DNA from: an uncultured Clostridia bacterium
Lineage (GTDB): Bacteria > Bacillota > Clostridia > Oscillospirales > Ruminococcaceae
Direction: 5' to 3'
NCBI GenBank assembly: GCA_947383835.1
Contig: CANDEV010000004.1
Location: 126,506-190,505 of the forward strand
Length of the DNA stretch: 64,000 nucleotides
The notes below the pieces were generated by a model. It did no database searches, had not been told where the DNA came from, and saw nothing but the letters and a program-made list of their open reading frames with translations. A program made the translations under genes and the position numbers. Within the stretch, counting starts at the first letter, position 1. Every line of letters begins with the position of its first letter. This document shows, in pieces, positions 56,536 to 64,000 of the stretch.

Positions 56536-57072
56536 ATGCACCTTTTTGAAAAAACTGTTGATTCCGAGCTTATTTTCGACGGGAAAATAATTAACGTTAA
56601 AAAGGACAAAGCCGAGCTTGAAAACGGCGAGGTCGTTACAAGAGAGCTTGTTACCCACCCCGGAGGAGTATGCGTAGTCCCTGTGAATGACAAGGGCGAG
56701 ATACTTATGGTGAAGCAGTTCAGATACCCATTTCAGACTGTCCTGACGGAGATACCCGCGGGAAAGCTTGAATACGGCGAGGATCACCGCGAAGCAGGAC
56801 TTCGTGAGCTTCGTGAGGAGACGGGAGCGGTGTGCGAAAAATTTGAGTATCTCGGCGTATGCTACCCCTCGGTGGCGTATCTTACGGAAAAAATTCATAT
56901 GTACCTTGCAACCGGGCTTACATTTGAAAATCAGGACTTGGACGATGACGAATTCCTTGACGTTGTAAAAGTCCCCTTTGAAAAAGCTGTTGAAATGGTA
57001 ATGAACGGCGAGCTTCCCGATGCAAAGACTCAATGCGCGATACTGAAAGCCGCCAAAATTTTAGGGAAATAA
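56536..57072 (+). CDS. NUDIX hydrolase (ADP-ribose pyrophosphatase-like)
   Basis: Nudix box GKLEYGEDHREAGLRELREETG. GGAGG RBS. Confidence 0.88.
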   Translation: MHLFEKTVDSELIFDGKIINVKKDKAELENGEVVTRELVTHPGGVCVVPVNDKGEILMVKQFRYPFQTVLTEIPAGKLEYGEDHREAGLRELREETGAVCEKFEYLGVCYPSVAYLTEKIHMYLATGLTFENQDLDDDEFLDVVKVPFEKAVEMVMNGELPDAKTQCAILKAAKILGK

Positions 57073-57085
57073 GTTCCCGATACTT

Positions 57086-57248
57086 AGAGCCTGTTCAGAA
57101 TCTTTTTACGCACGTCTTTTCGGCAATCTTTTGCCGAACTCTGCGTTAAAAAGCCTTGAAATACGGCAAGTATTCCTGCGGCTTTTTGCCTTGATTTCGA
57201 CAAAATCTTACCAAAAATCCGCACATAAAAAGATTTTGAACAGGCTCT
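57086..57248. repeat. Family B structured repeat, copy 3 (divergent, co-varying termini)
   Basis: AGAGCCTGTTCAGAATCTTTTTA...TAAAAAGATTTTGAACAGGCTCT. The interior matches copies 1 and 2. Confidence 0.8.
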
Positions 57249-57307
57249 TACAAAAATAATGCAGCCCCTTTAGTTAGGAGCTGCAAAGTAGTTGTAATTT
57301 TTTGAGC

Positions 57308-57604
57308 TTACAGACCTGCTTCTTCCGCTTCGGCTTCAGCCTGCATCTGCTCAATGTGGCGGGTGTAAGCGTCGAGAATTTCGTCCTCTACAAGCTTACG
57401 GGCTTCGGGAGAGATCGGGTGAACGATGTCCCTAAAAATACCGCTCTCATCTTTTCTGCTGGGCATTGCTACGAAAAGTCTCTCGTCACCCTGTACGACC
57501 TTGATGTCGTGTACTGCAAGCATATTGTCGATAGTGATAGAGATAACTGCTCTAAGCCTTCCGTCAGGAATAATTTTCCTGATCTTAATGTCTGTGATGT
57601 TCAT
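57308..57604 (-). CDS. spoVG: Septation protein SpoVG
   Basis: MNITDIKIRKI...AVHDIKVVQGDERLFVAMPSRK. AAGGAGG RBS before the ATG at 57604. Confidence 0.95.
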   Translation of the reverse strand: MNITDIKIRKIIPDGRLRAVISITIDNMLAVHDIKVVQGDERLFVAMPSRKDESGIFRDIVHPISPEARKLVEDEILDAYTRHIEQMQAEAEAEEAGL

Positions 57605-57778
57605 TGAAACGTCCTCCTTAATAATTGACATTCGTGATATACTTTTTACAAATATATTATTGATTGCTGAATGGTAAATTATTCAGTAATAAAAAGAATT
57701 TTCAGCAAATAATATGTATACCACTGTATCTATTATAGCAGGATATTCTTAACTAAATCTGAAACAAAATCGGGCGAG

Positions 57779-59188
57779 GTGTGTTTTTTGAATAAACATT
57801 TTTTAAACAATAGCAGTCATATCCATTTTATTGGAATTGGTGGAAGCGGTATGTACCCTCTTGCACAGATACTCCACAATCAGGGTTACTATCTCACAGG
57901 CTCGGACAACAACGAGACGGAGACCTTGCAGGCAGTCCGTGATATGGGTATCCCCGTGTATTTGGGGCAGCGGGCGGAAAATATCGGGGACGCCGATGTT
58001 ATCGTCCACACGGCGGCTATAAGTGAGGATAATCCCGAATTGGTGGCAGCAAGGGCAAGCAGCGCAAAAGTCCTTGAACGAAGCGAGCTGCTGGGTATTA
58101 TTACCGAAAATTTTGCCAACGCCGTCTGCGTAAGCGGCACTCACGGAAAGACTACGGTTACTTCTATGATAACCCAAATACTGGTAATGCAGGGTATGGA
58201 TATAAGCGCGGTGATAGGCGGAAAGCTCCCGCTTATCCACGGCAGCGGCATTGCGGGGGACAGCGAGGTCATGGTCTGTGAAGCCTGCGAGTTCCGTGAC
58301 CATTTTCTGCACCTTGCGGCGGACACGGCGGTTATCCTAAATGTTGACGAGGATCATTTGGATTACTTCAAAAATTTGGATAATATTATTAAGTCATTCC
58401 ATAAATTCTGCGAACTTACCACACGTACTATTATAATAAACGGTGACGACGAAAACTCCATGAAAGCGTTGGAGGGTATTACCGGTAAGGAAATTATTAC
58501 CTTTGGAGCAAGTCCCGAAAACGATTGGTATCCTGCCGAAATAAAGCATATCAGCGGCATGAACACGGAGTTCACTATTATGCACAATGGGAAAGCTTTT
58601 TGCAGGACTTCCGTCCACGTCCCGGGAGAGCATAATATCGTCAACGCTGTGGCTGCGGCTGCTGCGGCATACAGCGCGGGAGCGACTTCGGAGGGCGTTG
58701 CAAAGGGTCTTGAAAGCTTTAAGGGCGCGGGACGGCGTTTTGAAAAGTACGGTGAAATCCACGGCATAACCGTTGTGGACGATTACGGTCATCACCCTGC
58801 GGAGATAGCCGTTACCCTCAATGCCGCGGTAAAGCTTGGCTTTAAGCGGGTGTGGGCAGTCCACCAGCCGTTTACTTTCTCAAGGACTGCTCTGCTTTTG
58901 GAGGATTTCGCCAAGGCTCTGTCTATTGCCGATAGGACTGTTCTTACCGCAATTATGGGCGGACGTGAGGAAAACACGGTGGGTATCCATACCAAAGACC
59001 TTGCCGAAAAAATAGAGGGCTGCGTGTACTTCGAGGAAGAAGAACACGACGCGAATTTTGAGCTTACGGCGCAGTATGTTGCCGAAAACGCGGAGGAGGG
59101 CGACTTGATAATCACTCTCGGCTGCGGAGATGTAAACAAGGTATCAAGGCGGATTTTAAAGCTTTTGGAAAATAAATACAATAAATAA
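57779..59188 (+). CDS. murC: UDP-N-acetylmuramate--L-alanine ligase
   Basis: IHFIGIGGSGM and GTHGKTT. 469 aa. The true start may be the TTG at 57788. Confidence 0.95.
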   Translation: MCFLNKHFLNNSSHIHFIGIGGSGMYPLAQILHNQGYYLTGSDNNETETLQAVRDMGIPVYLGQRAENIGDADVIVHTAAISEDNPELVAARASSAKVLERSELLGIITENFANAVCVSGTHGKTTVTSMITQILVMQGMDISAVIGGKLPLIHGSGIAGDSEVMVCEACEFRDHFLHLAADTAVILNVDEDHLDYFKNLDNIIKSFHKFCELTTRTIIINGDDENSMKALEGITGKEIITFGASPENDWYPAEIKHISGMNTEFTIMHNGKAFCRTSVHVPGEHNIVNAVAAAAAAYSAGATSEGVAKGLESFKGAGRRFEKYGEIHGITVVDDYGHHPAEIAVTLNAAVKLGFKRVWAVHQPFTFSRTALLLEDFAKALSIADRTVLTAIMGGREENTVGIHTKDLAEKIEGCVYFEEEEHDANFELTAQYVAENAEEGDLIITLGCGDVNKVSRRILKLLENKYNK

Positions 59189-59208
59189 AAAATGAAAGGA
59201 CTGGTCTT

Positions 59209-59787
59209 ATGAACGAAAAGCAGAAAAGAGTTTTCGAGTACGTAAAGGAGAGAATGGAGGATGGCTTTGCGCCGTCTATCCGCGAGATATGCGCCGCGCT
59301 GGATATACATTCCACCTCCACTGCCGCAAGATATGTAAATAACCTTGTTGCGGAGGGATATCTCGAAAAGGTGGACGGCTGCAACCGTGCAATAAAGCTT
59401 GCGGGAAAGGGAGCGGTAAAGGTGCCGCTTGTGGGCACTATCACGGCGGGTCAGCCTATTACTGCGGTAGAGGATATTACGGATTACATTAATTTCCACC
59501 AGCAGAAAAACTATTCGGGTGAACTGTTTGCCCTTAAGGTTCGGGGAGAGAGCATGATAAACGCAGCTATCCTTGACGGGGATATAGTTATTATCGAGAA
59601 GTGCCCCGTGGTTTCAAACGGCGAGATCGCCGCAGTCATGGTGGGCGGCGAGGAGGCTACCATAAAGACGTTTTACAAGGAGGACGGACATTACCGCCTC
59701 CAGCCCGAAAATGACACTATGGATCCGATAATAGTTGACGAATGTGAAATTATCGGCAGAGTCATTTCTGTAATAAGATATATTTAA
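59209..59787 (+). CDS. lexA: LexA repressor
   Basis: N-terminal winged HTH (PSIREICAALDIHSTSTAARYV), Ala-Gly cleavage site in ITAGQP, S24 peptidase motif GESM and a downstream Lys. Confidence 0.95.
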   Translation: MNEKQKRVFEYVKERMEDGFAPSIREICAALDIHSTSTAARYVNNLVAEGYLEKVDGCNRAIKLAGKGAVKVPLVGTITAGQPITAVEDITDYINFHQQKNYSGELFALKVRGESMINAAILDGDIVIIEKCPVVSNGEIAAVMVGGEEATIKTFYKEDGHYRLQPENDTMDPIIVDECEIIGRVISVIRYI

Positions 59788-59805
59788 CGGAGGAAGCTTT
59801 GAAAA

Positions 59806-60840
59806 ATGAATTATAACGGTCAATACAATATGCCCCCTCCGCAGCAGATGCCTCCGCCCCAATTCTTTTATCCTCCCGCAGACTATGTTCCGCAGGAAGA
59901 AAAGAAAAAGCTTCGTCACGAATATAATGTGATAGGTATAGTCCTGCTGTCGCTGTTAGTGGCTATGAATGTGATTTGCCAAGGAGCGTTCCTGATTTTG
60001 ATGAAAATGGGCGACGAGATCGTTTACGACGAAAACGGCTCGGTGGTAAACGACCTTTGGGATATTATAATCGGCGGGTGCTTTCCCGCGCTTATCGCCA
60101 TGATAGTTTTTGCGGGGTACTGCTTTTTTACAAAGTACAACCCGAGAGAGCTTTTCAGCGTAAAAAATGTCAGGGCGGGGGAGACATTCCGATACGTGCT
60201 GATAATTTTGTTTTGTCAGCAGCTTTCTATCATCTGTACTCTGTTTATAAGCGGAGGACTTGACGTTTTGGGGCTTTACGTTCCAAGCGTGGACTATGTT
60301 CTTGAACATGACCCAATGGTGTACACAGCGGATTTTTTAGGCGCGGTCATTCTTGCTCCCATTGGCGAGGAGCTGATATACAGGGGCGTTGTTCTAAGGT
60401 GCAGCGCAAAGATAAGCCAAAAATTTGCGATCTTCTTTTCCGCATTTATTTTCGGCATAATGCACGGCAATCCTTACCAGTTCGTGCTTGGTTTTCTTCT
60501 CGGCATACCGCTTGCTATGGTAACGCTTAAAACCGGTTCTCTTATTCCTGCCATTATATGCCATATGGCTAACAATTTAATGGCGTCTGTTTCAACGGTT
60601 GTCGGCTATTTTAATGAGGAAATATCCTATATAGTACCGTTTATAATGCTGCCGGTTTTCTTTATAATAGGAATAATAGTACTGATATCGGCAGTTTCAA
60701 ACGGCAGGGTAAGATTTCCCGCATATACGCTGTACCACAAAAGCAGGACAATGCCGATACTTATAACGTCATGGAGCGTGATAGTTGTTACGGCGCTTTA
60801 TGTGATCGAATTGGTGATGAGCATTAAGCCCATACCTTAA
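59806..60840 (+). CDS. CPBP (CAAX) family intramembrane metalloprotease with a P/Q-rich N-terminal extension
   Basis: EELIYRG and FGIMHG motifs, multiple TM segments. Confidence 0.85.
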   Translation: MNYNGQYNMPPPQQMPPPQFFYPPADYVPQEEKKKLRHEYNVIGIVLLSLLVAMNVICQGAFLILMKMGDEIVYDENGSVVNDLWDIIIGGCFPALIAMIVFAGYCFFTKYNPRELFSVKNVRAGETFRYVLIILFCQQLSIICTLFISGGLDVLGLYVPSVDYVLEHDPMVYTADFLGAVILAPIGEELIYRGVVLRCSAKISQKFAIFFSAFIFGIMHGNPYQFVLGFLLGIPLAMVTLKTGSLIPAIICHMANNLMASVSTVVGYFNEEISYIVPFIMLPVFFIIGIIVLISAVSNGRVRFPAYTLYHKSRTMPILITSWSVIVVTALYVIELVMSIKPIP

Positions 60841-60908
60841 AGATATCCCTGCAGAGGATTTTTTGTGCTTTAATAAACGATATTCATTATTTTGAAAGGA
60901 AGATTTGC

Positions 60909-63071
60909 TTGAATATTAACAAAATACTTGCTACTGAATTTAAACTCAGACAGGAACAAATTGATAACACAGTCTCGCTGATTGACGATGGAAAAACCAT
61001 ACCGTTTATTGCAAGATACCGCAAGGAGCTGACAGGCTCGCTGGACGATCAGGTGCTGCGTGAGATATTTGATCGGCTTACATATCTGCGAAATCTTGAA
61101 AAGCGCAAGGAGGAGATCACTTCGGCGATAACAGAGCAGGAAAAAATGACCGACGAGATCGCTGCGGCTATTGAAAAAGCTTCCACGCTTGTGGAGGTGG
61201 AGGACATTTACCGTCCCTTTAAGCCTAAGCGTAAAACGAGAGGCTCCGCTGCAAGGGAGAGGGGACTTATGCCGCTTGCGGAATTTATTCTTGCACAGGA
61301 ATCTAAGTCCGACCCTTATGCGGAGGCTGAAAAATTTACGGACGAAGAAAAGGGAGTCCCCGACCGCGAGACTGCAATTCAAGGCGCTATGGATATTATT
61401 GCGGAGGATATTTCCGACGACGCGGAGCTTAGAAAGTCTTTGCGTTCAATGACGATAAAGAACGGAAAGGTCGTTTCAAAGGCTGTGAATCCCGACGAGG
61501 ACACGGTTTACAGGGATTATTACGAATTTTCCGAGCCTGTGTTTAAAATTGCGGGACACCGCGTCCTTGCCGTTGACAGAGGCGAGCGTGAGGACAAGCT
61601 GAGGGTCGGCGTTGCCATGCCGGAGGGTATCGGAGAAAAATTTACTGCGGAGAAATATGTCAAAAACAATTCTGCCTGCGGAAATATAGTAAAGTCCGCC
61701 GCGGAGGACAGCTATAAGCGTCTTTTGTTCCCCTCCGTGGAGCGTGAGATACGGGCTTGGCTCACTGAAAGGGCCTGTGAGGCTTCGATCAAGGTGTTTT
61801 CCTCCAATTTAAGGCAGCTCCTTATGCAGCCGCCTGTTAAGGGACAAGCCGCTCTCGGCGTAGACCCCGGATACAGAACCGGCTGTAAGCTTGCGGTCGT
61901 TGACAACACGGGAAAGGTGCTGGATACGGGCGTTGCTTATGTGACTATCGACGACAGGCACAGGACGGAAAAGGGAATGGCATTGATGAAAAGCTTCATT
62001 GAAAAATACAATGTGACAATTATTGCCATCGGTAACGGTACGGCTTCCCGCGAGGCGGAGGCGGCTGTGGCAAAGGTCATTGGGGAGATACCGCGGAAGG
62101 TCTCATATATGGTGGTATCAGAGGCGGGGGCTTCGGTGTACTCGGCTTCAAAGCTTGCTGCGGAGGAATTCCCCGAGTACGACGTTTCACTTAGGAGCGC
62201 AGTCTCGATCGCACGGCGTTTGCAGGACCCTCTCGCGGAGCTTGTGAAAATAGACCCAAAGGCGATAGGCGTGGGTCAGTATCAGCACGATATGCCCAAA
62301 GCCCGAATGGACGAAGCTTTGTCGGGTGTTGTGGAGGACTGCGTAAACAGTGTGGGAGTTGATTTGAACACGGCTTCGCACTCGCTGCTCTCGTATGTTG
62401 CGGGCATAAGCGGCGCGGTGGCGAAAAATATTGTTGCATACCGCGAGGAGAACGGTTCCTTCAGCGACAGAAAGCAGCTTTTAAAGGTCGCAAAGCTGGG
62501 TCCAAAGGCGTTTGAGCAGTGCGCGGGATTTCTTCGGGTCAGGGACGGAAAAAATCCCCTTGACAACACTGCGGTACACCCAGAAAGCTATGAGGCGGCA
62601 AAGAAGATCATCGGCGAGTGCGGCTTTACAATTGCCGATTTAAAGGCGGACAAGCTGACGGAGATACCTGCTGCGGCTAAAAAGATAGGAGTCCCAAAAA
62701 TTGCGGAAACCGCGGGGATCGGCGTGCCGACGGTGACGGATATTCTTAAGGAGCTTTCAAAGCCGGGACGCGATCCCAGAGACGAGCTGCCCCCTCCGCT
62801 GATGAGGAGCGGCGATATTATGGAGCTGGAGGATTTAAAGCCGGGCATGGAATTTTTGGGAACTGTCCGCAATATTATCGACTTTGGCTGCTTTGTTGAC
62901 ATAGGCGTTCATGTGGACGGACTTGTGCATATCTCGCAGATATGCCATGAGTTTATCAGACACCCTCTTGATGTTGTAAAGGTCGGCGAGGTTGTCAAGG
63001 TCAAGGTTCTGGACGTTGATGTGAAGCGCAAAAGACTTTCTCTTACCATGAAGCTGGACGGCAAGAAGTGA
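60909..63071 (+). CDS. tex: Tex-like transcription accessory protein (S1 RNA-binding domain)
   Basis: 720 aa. IPFIARYRKE and YRPFKPKRKTR. YqgF-like centre. C-terminal S1 domain GTVRNIIDFGCFVDIG. TTG start after AAGGAAG. Confidence 0.93.
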   Translation: MNINKILATEFKLRQEQIDNTVSLIDDGKTIPFIARYRKELTGSLDDQVLREIFDRLTYLRNLEKRKEEITSAITEQEKMTDEIAAAIEKASTLVEVEDIYRPFKPKRKTRGSAARERGLMPLAEFILAQESKSDPYAEAEKFTDEEKGVPDRETAIQGAMDIIAEDISDDAELRKSLRSMTIKNGKVVSKAVNPDEDTVYRDYYEFSEPVFKIAGHRVLAVDRGEREDKLRVGVAMPEGIGEKFTAEKYVKNNSACGNIVKSAAEDSYKRLLFPSVEREIRAWLTERACEASIKVFSSNLRQLLMQPPVKGQAALGVDPGYRTGCKLAVVDNTGKVLDTGVAYVTIDDRHRTEKGMALMKSFIEKYNVTIIAIGNGTASREAEAAVAKVIGEIPRKVSYMVVSEAGASVYSASKLAAEEFPEYDVSLRSAVSIARRLQDPLAELVKIDPKAIGVGQYQHDMPKARMDEALSGVVEDCVNSVGVDLNTASHSLLSYVAGISGAVAKNIVAYREENGSFSDRKQLLKVAKLGPKAFEQCAGFLRVRDGKNPLDNTAVHPESYEAAKKIIGECGFTIADLKADKLTEIPAAAKKIGVPKIAETAGIGVPTVTDILKELSKPGRDPRDELPPPLMRSGDIMELEDLKPGMEFLGTVRNIIDFGCFVDIGVHVDGLVHISQICHEFIRHPLDVVKVGEVVKVKVLDVDVKRKRLSLTMKLDGKK

Positions 63072-63108
63072 GTTTTCTACGAATAGATGTAAATTCCATA
63101 TAGAATCA

Positions 63109-63145
63109 AGCGGCGTTTTGTGCAATGAAACAACGCCGCTTTTTG
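63109..63145 (+). terminator. Rho-independent terminator of tex
   Basis: AGCGGCGTT-loop-AACGCCGCT followed by TTTTT. Confidence 0.8.
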
Positions 63146-63300
63146 CTGTATTTTTATGGAAATATTTTTTTGTGACAAATGACTGAAACACTGTGTAAAT
63201 TGTCAAAAATTCTGTATACTTACAATAAATTTGAACAAAATATTTTCTGCGGTTCACTATTTGCGAAAAGTCTTGAGGAGGAGTATACTGATAACATCAA

Positions 63301-63338
63301 TACTGATTTGCTCCTAAAAGAAAGCGCGCAAATCAGCA
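63301..63338. repeat. Family A mini copy
   Basis: TACTGATTTGCTCCTAAAAG...GCGCAAATCAGCA, in the leader of the ECF S-component gene. Confidence 0.55.
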
Positions 63339-63362
63339 TAAACAGAAAGAGGGACTTTAGTT

Positions 63363-63953
63363 ATGAAAAGTATTGCTGAAAAAAGAAAATTAATTTACAA
63401 AATTGTTACCGCAGGATTGATGGCTGCGCTGGTATACGCAGGAAATTTTATTTCCATTCCTTTGCCTAACGACGCGAGAATTCACGTTGGAAACTCAATG
63501 TGTCTGTTGGCGGGACTGCTTTTCGGCGGGGTAACGGGAGGCGTTTCCTCCGGAATAGGCGGGGCTATGTACGACTTGTTCAATCCGAAATATATTACCT
63601 CCGCTCCGTTTACATTTATTAACAAGTTTGCTATGGGCTGGACGGCGGGTGTTTTGAACCGCAGAGGGGTAAAAAATGAGTTTGCAAGAGCTGTACTGGC
63701 TGCTATCGTGGGACAAATCGTATATATTATCCTTTATCTGGGGAAAACTTTTGCTGCCGAGCTTATCAAAGGGAACGCTTTCGGCACTGCTATGGTAATG
63801 GTTGGAGAAAAGGCATTATCCTCTACGTTTAACGGTTTTATCGCCGTGGTAATTTCCATACCGCTTTATTTTGCTATAAAGGCAGCGCTGGAAAGAACTC
63901 CTATTGGAAAGTATATGATAATGGGCAGCGTCAAGGAAGCCGAAGCAAAATAG
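63363..63953 (+). CDS. ECF transporter S component (substrate unknown)
   Basis: 196 aa with about 5-6 TM segments and a Gly-rich TM (GLLFGGVTGGVSSGIGGAMYD). No adjacent EcfA or EcfT genes. Confidence 0.6.
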   Translation: MKSIAEKRKLIYKIVTAGLMAALVYAGNFISIPLPNDARIHVGNSMCLLAGLLFGGVTGGVSSGIGGAMYDLFNPKYITSAPFTFINKFAMGWTAGVLNRRGVKNEFARAVLAAIVGQIVYIILYLGKTFAAELIKGNAFGTAMVMVGEKALSSTFNGFIAVVISIPLYFAIKAALERTPIGKYMIMGSVKEAEAK

Positions 63954-64000
63954 TGAAATTGCTCAAAAAAGTCGGTGCAAAATTGTGCAGGAATATTTAT

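Noticed and set aside
58792-59499. 235-aa ORF on the minus strand spanning the murC-lexA junction
   Set aside because: It is antisense to two confidently identified genes, with no RBS or motif.
63146-63362. Possible riboswitch in the 216-nt leader of the ECF S-component gene
   Set aside because: I could not recognise any known riboswitch core (THI-box, FMN, preQ1, cobalamin and so on) by eye. The only structured piece is a mini Family A hairpin. This needs cmscan before any claim.

Overview
64-kb chromosomal segment that looks like a Gram-positive, Clostridia-type genome. The taxon is inferred only from GGAGG-type RBSs, lipobox signal peptides, spoVG and gene content. About 50 CDS are densely packed on both strands.

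Contents:
- Housekeeping genes: purA, glgB, murC, lexA, spoVG, tex, trmO, nudF-like and tRNA-Arg(CCT).
- Plant-glycan genes: two GH5, one GH16, two orphan sugar-binding lipoproteins and an AraC regulator.
- Transport: four ABC systems, a MATE pump, an AI-2E transporter and an ECF S component.
- Signalling: two c-di-GMP proteins and a chemoreceptor.
- Surface proteins: many lipoproteins with Ser/Thr/Glu-rich linkers, and a tandem array of four ~420-aa paralogous lipoproteins next to a YfhO-type membrane protein.

I saw no transposase, integrase, CRISPR array, rRNA or recognisable defence genes.

Most unusual signals:
1. Three families of structured intergenic repeats (7, 3 and 2 copies). One family carries outward-facing promoter-like motifs, and another has co-varying terminal stems.
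2. A set of GAAC-N4-GTTC-like (LexA/Cheo-type) boxes inside canonical promoters. They link a P-loop / radical-SAM / UDG-like operon, a small membrane protein, a VOC gene and the nudF-yfhO intergenic region. lexA itself is in the window.
3. A mosaic (gene-conversion-like) lipoprotein paralog array.

None of these is shown to be a new system; they are candidates. All calls are by-eye motif recognition on the supplied translations and sequence. No database searches or computations were run.
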